This document shows positions 47,319 through 54,949 of a stretch of 64,000 bases of DNA, in pieces. Position numbers and translations under genes: made by a program. The number at the start of each line of letters is the position of its first letter. Position 1 is the first letter of the stretch. Under the pieces are notes generated by a model. That model did not search any database. It was not told the DNA's origin and was given only the letters and a program-made list of their open reading frames with translations. The stretch spans positions 2,464,001-2,528,000 of the forward strand of contig OZ253442.1 of the NCBI GenBank assembly GCA_965261085.1, in the 5' to 3' direction. The DNA is from a bacterium. Lineage in GTDB: Bacteria; UBA8248.

Positions 47319-48085
47319 CGCGCCGCCCCAATCCGGGAGGCTTCGCGCACCGTAACCGAGAGCCGTCCGCCCGAGGGACCGCTCGCAGGCGGAGCGAGCC
47401 AGAGCGCGGCGACGCCCGACGCGAGACTTTGCATGAGTGTTTCGAAGTCGTCCCCCGACCCCAAGTCCGCTTCGAACACGCGCGCGATAAAGCGCGGCCC
47501 GCGCCAGACCTCGAGCAGCGCCAGGCCGTCCGCCCCGGGCGTTCCCGCCTGTGTCTCGATCACGTAGCCCCGGGGAACCTCGCGCCGCGCCACCGCGCGG
47601 ACGAGCGCCACCAGCGCGCCCACTCGGGCGTAGCCCGGCCTTGGGCTATCTTCCCGAGGCGCAGCGGCCGCGTTCCTGATCAGGATCTGCGCCGAGTCGC
47701 GCGCGGCTACCCGCAACGTCAGCCGGTAGGTGAAGCCTTTCACCGTCCCGATGAACAGCGTCACGGGCTTGCGGGCGAGGTTCTCGTGGTCCAAAGGCCG
47801 CAGGTAGATGTCCCCGCGCGCCTTGTCGTGCTCCACCGCGAAACCATCCGGTCCCCTGATCACGAGCGCGACCCGATCGTCCGCCAGCGCGATACGGCTC
47901 ACCGCCCGGTCCGATATCACGGCTCCCAGTTCCGCGTGGTCTGCGGCGTCCAGTATCTGCATCGCCGCCGCCGGCGCAGCCGTCCATAGAAACAGCGCCG
48001 CCAGGAGAAGCGCCGGGAGCAACGGGCGGGATAAGGCGGTCGGCGCCCGGTCCTTCGTGGTCCCTGTTCTCGTCGATCTGTTCAT
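47315..48085 (-). CDS. traK: TraK
   Basis: Signal peptide, ISDRAVSRIAL, GDIYL, LFIGTVKGFTYRL, position in the operon. Confidence 0.85.
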   Translation of the reverse strand: MNRSTRTGTTKDRAPTALSRPLLPALLLAALFLWTAAPAAAMQILDAADHAELGAVISDRAVSRIALADDRVALVIRGPDGFAVEHDKARGDIYLRPLDHENLARKPVTLFIGTVKGFTYRLTLRVAARDSAQILIRNAAAAPREDSPRPGYARVGALVALVRAVARREVPRGYVIETQAGTPGADGLALLEVWRGPRFIARVFEADLGSGDDFETLMQSLASGVAALWLAPPASGPSGGRLSVTVREASRIGAAR

Positions 48086-48639
48086 TTTCTCTCCCCCAGT
48101 TCTTCGAAACGGAGCAGGCCTATCCGGCCCGCGTCCACGCGGAAGGACAGCCGGTAGCGTTTCCTCGCGCGAGATACCGGCTCGCGTCCCACCCAGGTCG
48201 CGAGTTCCCCGCTCACCACGACGGTGAGCGTTCCGGGGTCCGCCTCGATACGACCGGGGTAGAAGGCCGTCGAGAGGTCGCGGCGCGCCATGCGACCGGC
48301 CTCGGCCGCGACCCAGGCCCCGATAGCGCCACGGGCGGAGGCGTGGGCGAACCGCGCCGCCGCCTCGCGGGCGTGTTCCGCGTTCTCGGGAGTCAGCGTC
48401 AGCAGCGTCACGGCGATAGTCCGTCCCATGTCTTCCAGATACCTGCTCCCGGCCCGGCCGCCGCCGACCTCCCACGCCGGTCCCGCGACCGCCGGGACCA
48501 GCACCGTCATGCGCTCCACCGAGGCGAGACCGATGCTCAGCCCCAGGTTGGCCAGGAGTGAGAGGGCGAGCAGCGCGGCCAGCGCCGCGCGCCCGTCCCG
48601 CACCTGTCGCCCCTGCGCTTCCATCATGTCGCGTCTCAT
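48082..48639 (-). CDS. traE: TraE
   Basis: TM, TVLVP, YLEDM...LTLTPEN, GELATWVG. Confidence 0.88.
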   Translation of the reverse strand: MRRDMMEAQGRQVRDGRAALAALLALSLLANLGLSIGLASVERMTVLVPAVAGPAWEVGGGRAGSRYLEDMGRTIAVTLLTLTPENAEHAREAAARFAHASARGAIGAWVAAEAGRMARRDLSTAFYPGRIEADPGTLTVVVSGELATWVGREPVSRARKRYRLSFRVDAGRIGLLRFEELGERK

Positions 48640-48649
48640 TAAAGCCTCC

Positions 48650-48943
48650 TTATCCGGTGAAGCGGCGCAGGTGGCTCGGCGGTGCGCCCCTGAGACCCAG
48701 CGCGAAGCCGGGCAGGAACCAGTAGAGCGCGCAGATCGCGACATCCGCACCGCCTCCCCGCTTGGCCCGGCGCAGCAGGGCCCAGCCCGCAAGACCGCTC
48801 AGGAGACCGGTCACGAAGGCGTTGGCCGCCAGCCCCAGGAGCGCCGGCCCCAGAAGGGCCGCCGCCTCGTCCAGGGTCCAGAACAGCCAGCGTTCGGGAT
48901 CGTCCAGGCGTGAGGGGATCGCGTGCCTCACCTGATCGTTCAT
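48650..48943 (-). CDS. traL: TraL
   Basis: IPSRLDDPERWLFWTLDE...YWFLP...PPSHLR. Confidence 0.9.
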   Translation of the reverse strand: MNDQVRHAIPSRLDDPERWLFWTLDEAAALLGPALLGLAANAFVTGLLSGLAGWALLRRAKRGGGADVAICALYWFLPGFALGLRGAPPSHLRRFTG

Positions 48944-48955
48944 CCGCTCTCCCCC

Positions 48956-49252
48956 TCATACGATCGCCGTGCCGACCAGCCCGGTGACGATGCCCGTCCC
49001 GGCGCCTGCCGCGATGCCCACCCCGACCGCGCCCGCCAACTGCGCGGCGTTGAAGCGAAGTACCGAACCCACCAGGGCGGCCCCCACGGCGAGCGCGGCC
49101 GCAAGCTGTCCGCCCGTGCCCGCGACGATCCCGGTCACCGTGTCGAGCGGAGCCGAGAACGTCGTGTCCGTCGTGGCCCAGGCCGCCTCCAGTCGCCACA
49201 GCGCCCAGACGAGCGCGGCGAGGACGTGTCTGTTCCAGAAAAATTTTCTCAT
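48956..49252 (-). CDS. traA: conjugative pilin TraA
   Basis: Leader ending AWA, two hydrophobic Gly/Ala-rich helices, immediately upstream of traL. Confidence 0.75.
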   Translation of the reverse strand: MRKFFWNRHVLAALVWALWRLEAAWATTDTTFSAPLDTVTGIVAGTGGQLAAALAVGAALVGSVLRFNAAQLAGAVGVGIAAGAGTGIVTGLVGTAIV

Positions 49253-50010
49253 CGCGTATTCCTCCCCAGGGCCAGGGCCCCTCCGTCGTCCGACGTCGAG
49301 ACCCGCCGGCGCGCCGAGGCCCACGCCTCGATATCCGCGAGCAGGTAGCGCACCCGGGAGCCGAACCGGTGGAATACCGGCCCCTCGCCGCTCACGCGGT
49401 AGCGGTCCAGCGTCCTCGGCGAGAGGCCGAGCCACGCGGCCGCCTCCCGTGTGTTCAGGTAGTTCCTGCCGTTCTCGTTCATGCGCATCTCTCCTTCTCG
49501 TTCTGGTTCGGCCCCGGACCCGGCATGCGGGAGCGGGGCGGTGAATGGGCCGGGTGTCCTCCCGGCGAAAGGGTCCGTTATGTCCGTCAGCCTGTCCCGG
49601 ATGGCCCGGAGCTCATCTTCCCTCGCGTGCGCAGCCATCCAGGCGCGCATCCGGTCGACCGTCCTGAGCAGTGGCGGGTACCCCCTGCGCAGCCTTCCCA
49701 CGAAGGAGGGATTACAGACGGCTTCTTCGCCCAGCACCGAGGGCTTGGTCCCGGACACGGCCAGGAACGCCTCGACCTCGCGCCGGAAGACCGGACCCAG
49801 CGGCGGATACCCCATGAAGGCCAGCACCCGGTCCGCCGTCACCAGGCGCACCGAACGCCCCCGTAACTGCGAGGCCACGAAATCCGGATCGCCCAGCGCG
49901 TCTATCCCGAAGCGACTCACGCACACCCCGTGGCGCGCGCGCCAGGCCGCAACGATCCGCCTCAAACGATCGTCCAAAGTCATGTCGGTATGGGTATCGA
50001 ACGTCTTCAT
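49249..50010 (-). CDS. tandem Cro-like HTH domains fused to an AlpA/HTH_17 excisionase-like domain
   Basis: Two repeats (SRFGIDALGDPDFV.. / SVLGEEAVCNPSFV..) then YLNTREAAAWLGLSPRTLDRYRVSGEGPVF...VRY. Confidence 0.8.
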   Translation of the reverse strand: MKTFDTHTDMTLDDRLRRIVAAWRARHGVCVSRFGIDALGDPDFVASQLRGRSVRLVTADRVLAFMGYPPLGPVFRREVEAFLAVSGTKPSVLGEEAVCNPSFVGRLRRGYPPLLRTVDRMRAWMAAHAREDELRAIRDRLTDITDPFAGRTPGPFTAPLPHAGSGAEPEREGEMRMNENGRNYLNTREAAAWLGLSPRTLDRYRVSGEGPVFHRFGSRVRYLLADIEAWASARRRVSTSDDGGALALGRNTR

Positions 50011-50039
50011 GCAGGCGAACATAAGGGAATCATTTTTGT

Positions 50040-50067
50040 TTGACAATAGTTTTACGTAGTGTATAAC
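50040..50067 (+). promoter_or_regulatory. sigma70-like promoter for the cI-like gene
   Basis: TTGACA-16 bp-TATAAC in the AT-rich divergent intergenic region. Confidence 0.55.
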
Positions 50068-50154
50068 CTTAGTTTACATTAAGTTTGCGCCCACATTTGC
50101 GCCCGGCTGCGCAGGGATGCGGCAAAAAAAACGGGGATTTTCCCGCGACGGTGG

Positions 50155-50920
50155 AATGAAAGGGGGCAGAATGAACGAGTACGGAAAAAAGGACGAGAGG
50201 GAGGCGCTCCGGCGCGACCCGGTCCGTCTCAGGCTGAAGGAACTCCTGCGGAGCAACGACCTCACCCTCTCCGCGGTATCGCTGGCCATCGGCCGCAACC
50301 AGACCTATCTGCAGCAGTACGTTGACCGCGGCGTGCCCGTGGTGCTCGGATACCGCGATAGCGAAACCCTGGCCGAACTCCTCGGATGCGACCCTGAGGA
50401 ACTCCGCCACGAGACCGTGCCGAAACGAAAACCCATGACGCGCAAGCGGCCCGGGCCGCTGCCCGGGCTTCCCGGCGCGCCGGTGGTGGCCGTCCCGGAG
50501 ATCACGTCGGAGGCCGCCGTCGCCGAGGCGCTCACCGGCGAGCGCGCCCCGGAACTCGAGCGCTGGGGCTGGCCGTTGAACATCATCCGCTACGAGTCGG
50601 GCGCCGCGCTCGGGAACCTGCGCATCATCAGGGTGCGGGGCAACTCGATGGAGCCCGAGATGCGCGAGGGTGACCGCATCCTGGTCGACGCCTCGAACAA
50701 GCTGCCGGTCACGGGCGAGAAGTACTTGCTCTGGGACGGCAACGGGCTGGTCGTCAAGCGGGTCGAGGTGGTCCACCGTGATGCGGCGGACGGGGACGAA
50801 CCGCCCCGGCTCAGGCTGATCTCCGCCAACCCCGACTACGCCCCCTATTCATGCCTCGCCCGGGACGTCCACGTCTTCGGCAAGGTGTGGTGGGTGGTGG
50901 GGCGGGTGGCGCATGGATGA
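50155..50920 (+). CDS. CI/LexA-like repressor (HTH plus S24 autopeptidase)
   Basis: LSAVSLAIGRNQTYLQQYVDRGVP HTH, intact dyad GNSMEP / VVKRVE, LISANPDY. Confidence 0.9.
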
Positions 50921-51038
50921 CGCAGGGAATGTCGGCAGGTCGGAGGACGGGTAAGGGAAAACGGTCAATGAGACGGGATTGGGAAAACCAGTGTACCGAA
51001 CCGTTCGAACAACATGCTTGCATTCAAGGGGTCGTCCA

Positions 51039-51159
51039 CATACATTCTGTCGTCGGGTGAGATCGTCGCCGGCGCCAGAGGCAGTTGTTGATATTGCGCG
51101 GCGTAGTCGGTTTGGACCCATGCTTTCCTGACCCCCATCACCCCACGGTTGAATGGTTC
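51039..51159. mobile_element. MITE1b, decayed copy of the 123-bp MITE, interrupted at its right end
   Basis: Aligns with 7041-7163 (GTCGTCGGGTGAGATCGTCGC...GGCGCCAGAGGCAGTTGTTGATATTGCG). The alignment resumes after 52778. Confidence 0.8.
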
Positions 51160-51404
51160 GTAACCATTCGGTGGCAGGGTGATGATAGAGGCGAGGCCAG
51201 CAGCGAGCCGTTGTTCTGCCCGAATGTGGTCGCCCCGACTAAGTGCTTCTGTAATACGATGGCACTAGGAAAATCGGGCGGCTGCGGTACATGACCAATA
51301 TTTTCAACTTGGTCGACATGTCCTTGAACCCGCCGTCCAGTTCGAATCAGCCGATGCTGTGGTTTGCTCTATCACCCCGCGACCGAATGTGTATGGACGC
51401 GCCC

Positions 51405-51660
51405 CAAAATGCAAGCTTTTTCTTCGGACAGTTCGGCGCAATGTGGTCAGGCGCAGTCGTGTATTCGGCCTCTAGATTGCGGCGTTTCCCTCTTGCCACG
51501 GGCCCGTATGGAGATGCGCGGATCGGGTCCGAATCGCTTACGCGAGCTTGAAAGCTCTCCATTCAGGTCCTGGTTTTCCCGATCCCGTCTCATTGACCGT
51601 ATGCCCCTTACCTGTCCTCCGACCTGCTCACATTCCCGGCATTATCCGCTCGCCTGCCGC
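51405..51660 (-). ncRNA. predicted IS1111 seekRNA/bridge RNA region
   Basis: Long non-coding region downstream of the transposase, containing matches to the target and to the circle junction. Confidence 0.7.
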
Positions 51661-52686
51661 TCAGGCGGCCGGCACCGGCTCCTTGTAGACCTCTTTTTTC
51701 GTCATCAGCGCCCAGGCGATGCGCGCCATCCTGTTGGCCAGCGCCACCGCGACCAGCATACGCGGCTTTCGCGCCAGCATCCGGGCCAGCCATGAGCCCG
51801 GCGGAGCGCCGCGCCGGACCGCCCAGCGCACCACCGTCATCGCGCCTATGATCAACAACCGCCTGACGTCGCGCTGGCCCATCTTCGATATCCTGCCCAG
51901 CCGGGGCTTGCCACCGGTGGAGTGCTGCCGCGGGACGAGCCCGAGCCAGGCGGAGAAGTCGCGACCGCGCCGGAAGCTTTCCATCGGCGGCGCGAAGGCC
52001 TGGATCGCCATCGCCCCGATCGCCCCGATCCCCGGTATGCTCATCAGGCGCCTCGCCTCCTCGTCTTGGCGCGCACTCGCGAGAAGTTGCCTCTCCAACT
52101 CCCCGATCTTCGCATTGAGGCCGGCGATCTGATCGAGCAGAACCCCGCCCAGATCGCGGACCGCCTCGGGCAGGCCCAAGCCCGGATCTGCAACGGCCGA
52201 CGCCAGCCGCGCGACATGGGCGGGACCCTGGGGAGCAACGACGCCGAACTCCGCCAGATGGCCGCGCAGCGCGTTGATCGTCTGGGTGCGCTGTCGCACC
52301 AGCAAATCGCGCGTGCGGAACAGCATCCCTCGGGCCTGCTGCTCTTCAGTCTTCACGGCCACGAAGTGCATGGTCGGGCGAGAGGCCGACTCGCAGATCG
52401 CCTCCGCATCAGCCTCGTCGTTCTTGTGGCGCTTGACGAAGGGTTTCACGTAGATCGGCGGGATAAGCTTCACCTCATGGCCGAGCTTGCCGATCTCACG
52501 CCCCCAGTAGTGCGCGCTCGCACATGCCTCCATCGCCACCAGGCACCGCGGCTGCGAAGCCAGAAAGCCCAACACCTTCGCCCTGGTAAGCTTCTTCCGG
52601 AACGCGACCGATCCGTCCGGGCGCGTGCCGTGGAGTTGAAAGCTCTGTTTTGCCAGATCGATGCCGATGATGTGAACCTGTTCCAT
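51661..52686 (-). CDS. IS110/IS1111 DEDD recombinase
   Basis: IGIDLAK, MEACASAHYW, KNDEADAEAI, WLGLVPRQHSTGGK, AVALANR. AGGAGG RBS. Confidence 0.96.
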   Translation of the reverse strand: MEQVHIIGIDLAKQSFQLHGTRPDGSVAFRKKLTRAKVLGFLASQPRCLVAMEACASAHYWGREIGKLGHEVKLIPPIYVKPFVKRHKNDEADAEAICESASRPTMHFVAVKTEEQQARGMLFRTRDLLVRQRTQTINALRGHLAEFGVVAPQGPAHVARLASAVADPGLGLPEAVRDLGGVLLDQIAGLNAKIGELERQLLASARQDEEARRLMSIPGIGAIGAMAIQAFAPPMESFRRGRDFSAWLGLVPRQHSTGGKPRLGRISKMGQRDVRRLLIIGAMTVVRWAVRRGAPPGSWLARMLARKPRMLVAVALANRMARIAWALMTKKEVYKEPVPAA

Positions 52687-52795
52687 GGATTCCCCTCCTG
52701 CAGGGCGGTAACGACACCACCTCACCACAGTGTGATGCCTTCGGGAGGGCGCGTCCATCCCATCGCTTACAATGGTTCGACGACGTGGACGCGAC

Positions 52796-52959
52796 GGGAT
52801 GCGCAGAAGTTTCAATGAATCCGCTTTTGTTTTGATTACGAATTGCAGAAGGCAGATTCTGAACAAGTTCGGAAAATTTATATATCCAAAATAATTTCAA
52901 TAAGATATAGGGGTTTCATAGCCGATCAAAACCTCTTAATTTCTCTAAGACGGGCAAAA
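52796..52959 (+). repeat. R5, ~165-bp R element at the island/host junction
   Basis: GGGATGCGCAGAAGTTTCAATGAATCCGCTTTTGTTTTGATTAC...TTTCAATAAGATAT...CGGGCAAAA. Confidence 0.88.
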
Positions 52960-53151
52960 ACGTAAACCAGAAACACTGCCCTTTGAGGGTCGGGCTTCTC
53001 CTTCTTCAGTCGGAATTGACCCTCAAGGGGGGGAGTGGTTTTTTCGTCGGAATAGTTTTTGCTACATCCCCGGGGCGATTCGCGTACTGTGAGGCGGACG
53101 TGCAGGTTCCCCCATGCTCATTGTAGGATCGTGCGAGGAGGCAGCCATAAC

Positions 53152-53673
53152 ATGTGCGAATTCATCATCGCGCAGACCGAAGAGGACTACCGGGAGGCTG
53201 CGGCGTTGCTGCGCGAGTACGAGGCCGGTCTCGGAATCGACCTGTGCTTTCAGGGTTTTCCCGAAGAACTCGAAAGCCTCGAGCGTATGTACGGTCCGCC
53301 GGGCGGAAGGTTTCTCATCGTGCGCCAAGGAGAGCTGACCGCGGACTGCGTCGCCTTGCGGGATTTGGGCGGAAAAATCTGCGAGATGAAGCGTCTCTAC
53401 GTGCGCCCTGACTTCAGGGGACGCGGCCTGGGGAGAAGGTGCGCGGAGGAGATTGTCCGCATCGCGGGGGAGATGGGCTACACCGCTATGCGCCTCGATA
53501 CGCTGCCCACGATGCGTGAGGCCATCGCCCTTTACCGCTCGATAGGTTTCATGGAGACCGCCCCTTACGCCGAAAACCCCGTAGAGGGGGTGGTTTTCAT
53601 GGAGTTGGGGTTAATCCCGACCGATGAGGGAGGGATTGACACGACTGATGAAGGCGCGATTACACAGGAATAG
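53152..53673 (+). CDS. GNAT-family N-acetyltransferase
   Basis: DLCFQGFPEEL, CEMKRLYVRPDFRGRGLGR, MRLDTL, AIALYRSIGF. Confidence 0.92.
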   Translation: MCEFIIAQTEEDYREAAALLREYEAGLGIDLCFQGFPEELESLERMYGPPGGRFLIVRQGELTADCVALRDLGGKICEMKRLYVRPDFRGRGLGRRCAEEIVRIAGEMGYTAMRLDTLPTMREAIALYRSIGFMETAPYAENPVEGVVFMELGLIPTDEGGIDTTDEGAITQE

Positions 53674-53682
53674 AACAATAAA

Positions 53683-53752
53683 CGGGCGGACACTTAGGTC
53701 CGCCCCTACGTAAGTAGAATAGATTAGTAGGGGAGAACCTGTGTGTTCTCCC
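53683..53752. repeat. inverted pair of GTAG-type REP-like palindromes
   Basis: GTAGGGGCGGACC...GTGTCCGCCC on the minus strand and GTAGGGGAGAACC...GTGTTCTCCC on the plus strand. Confidence 0.65.
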
Positions 53753-53816
53753 AGGGTTGCATCGTTTCTGGATTCCGCAAACCATTCCTCATCCGCCCGC
53801 AAACCCTCCCTCTTCG

Positions 53817-53980
53817 GGGTTGTTGAAAAAGCCCCCCTGACAAGGGGGGTTGGGGGGTTCGGAGGGAATAATGCTTCACCCGCTCCGCTCGCCATCCCTC
53901 GGCTTAAAAACCAACCCCCCTGTCCCCCCTTGTCAGGGGGGTAAAAGCGACACCCCCGGCGAGGGGTTTTTCAACAGGCC
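53817..53980. repeat. MITE-like palindromic element
   Basis: Outer IR TGTTGAAAAA/TTTTTCAACA and inner IR CCCCCTGACAAGGGGGG/CCCCCCTTGTCAGGGGG. Confidence 0.6.
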
Positions 53981-53994
53981 CTCTTCGGTCGGGT

Positions 53995-54405
53995 TTACAC
54001 ACCCAGGGCTTTCGCGGCCTTGCGCTGGTCCTTGGGACTCACCCAGAAGATGGCGCCGTAGCGCTTCCTGCCCGCGGCGATGGCCGTGATGGCGGTGATG
54101 TTGACGCCGGCATCGGCGAGCTTGGCGAGAACCGGCACAAGCGCCCCGGTGCGATCCGTGCCCTCGACGAGAAAGGCCTTTTTCCGGGGGCTGAGCTTGA
54201 GCTTCGCCTTGCGCGCGAAGGTGGTGAAGGCCCGCGCGTCCTCGGGCACGAAGTCGACCTGAACGCGCCTGCGCACGGGGAAGGCGTGCATCGCCAGCAG
54301 GCTGACGCCCGCGTCCTTGAAAAGGGAGGCGAGGGCGGCGCCCTCTCCCGGCTTATTGGAAGCGGTGATGTAATAGTAGTTTACTTCGCGAACTGTCTCG
54401 GCCAT
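53995..54405 (-). CDS. tandem ACT-domain-like protein
   Basis: NKPGEGAAL..LFKDAGVSL and DRTGAL..VLAKLADAGVNI. AGGAG RBS. Confidence 0.75.
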   Translation of the reverse strand: MAETVREVNYYYITASNKPGEGAALASLFKDAGVSLLAMHAFPVRRRVQVDFVPEDARAFTTFARKAKLKLSPRKKAFLVEGTDRTGALVPVLAKLADAGVNITAITAIAAGRKRYGAIFWVSPKDQRKAAKALGV

Positions 54406-54949
54406 GGCTTGTCTCCTGGATTGGAAGCGGCATTTCCGGGGGGCGGGATTATACTCGAATCATGGGCCGCGCCTGAACGCGCGCCTAAATGAAAATAATC
54501 ATACAACACGAGGCGCGGTGAGGGAAACAGGGGTCAATTTCGAGCGATGAGGGAGGGATTGTTCCGACTCGAAAAGCAGGAAAACACCGGCTCGTAATTT
54601 CTGCGAAACGAGACTTCTCGTTCATCAATCGAAACGAATCTCACGCCTTCCGTTCACGCCTCCGAATGTTCACAAATTCTCTCGTCCACCGGCCCGCCAC
54701 CGCACGCGCATTTGCCCGTAGTGGGCGATTTTCGGGTCGGGGTAGGGTGCGTTCATCGAATGCGAAAAACTCAGGAATGAATATCGATAAAATACCATAA
54801 ATATCGATAAATTAACGAGGTATTTCTAAGATATAGAATGGTTTAATAAGTCGTTGTAAATAATTGATATAGCTTAAATTGTTCGTTTTCATTCGGCGCG
54901 AATTCAGGGTGTTTCAGGCGGTTTCCGTCATATGATAGGGAGCGGCTCT

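Larger units (their letters stand above)
51390..52765 (-). mobile_element. IS110-family, IS1111-group insertion sequence (1376 bp)
   Basis: Sub-terminal 12-bp IRs ATGGACGCGCCC (51393-51404 and 52747-52758), 3 and 7 bp from the ends. No TSD. Confidence 0.92.
51160..52770. mobile_element. MITE2, 235-bp IS66-type MITE interrupted by IS1111
   Basis: IRs GTAACCATTCGGTGGCAGGGTGAT / reconstructed GTAAGCATTCGGTCGCGGGGTGAT, perfect 8-bp TSD AATGGTTC (51152-51159 and 52771-52778). Confidence 0.85.
21850..52959. mobile_element. F-type conjugative element (ICE-like) with MOBF relaxase, bounded by R4 and R5, no integrase visible
   Basis: Full tra gene set, T4CP, relaxase and cI/cro switch, embedded next to housekeeping genes. 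Ends are inferred from the R repeats. Confidence 0.7.

Noticed and set aside
7493-49866. Many long overlapping Arg/Pro/Gly-rich ORFs in the track (for example 11136-12734 +, 14304-15995 +, 22191-23465 +)
   Set aside because: They are antisense or frame shadows of real genes in high-GC DNA and carry no family motifs.
52686-52866. N-terminal extension of the IS1111 transposase given in the ORF track
   Set aside because: It runs past the IS end into R5. The real start is MEQVHIIGID with an AGGAGG RBS.
52960-53150. tRNA or tmRNA attachment site at the right island boundary
   Set aside because: I could not recognise a cloverleaf, T-loop or 3' tRNA fragment here or elsewhere in the window.
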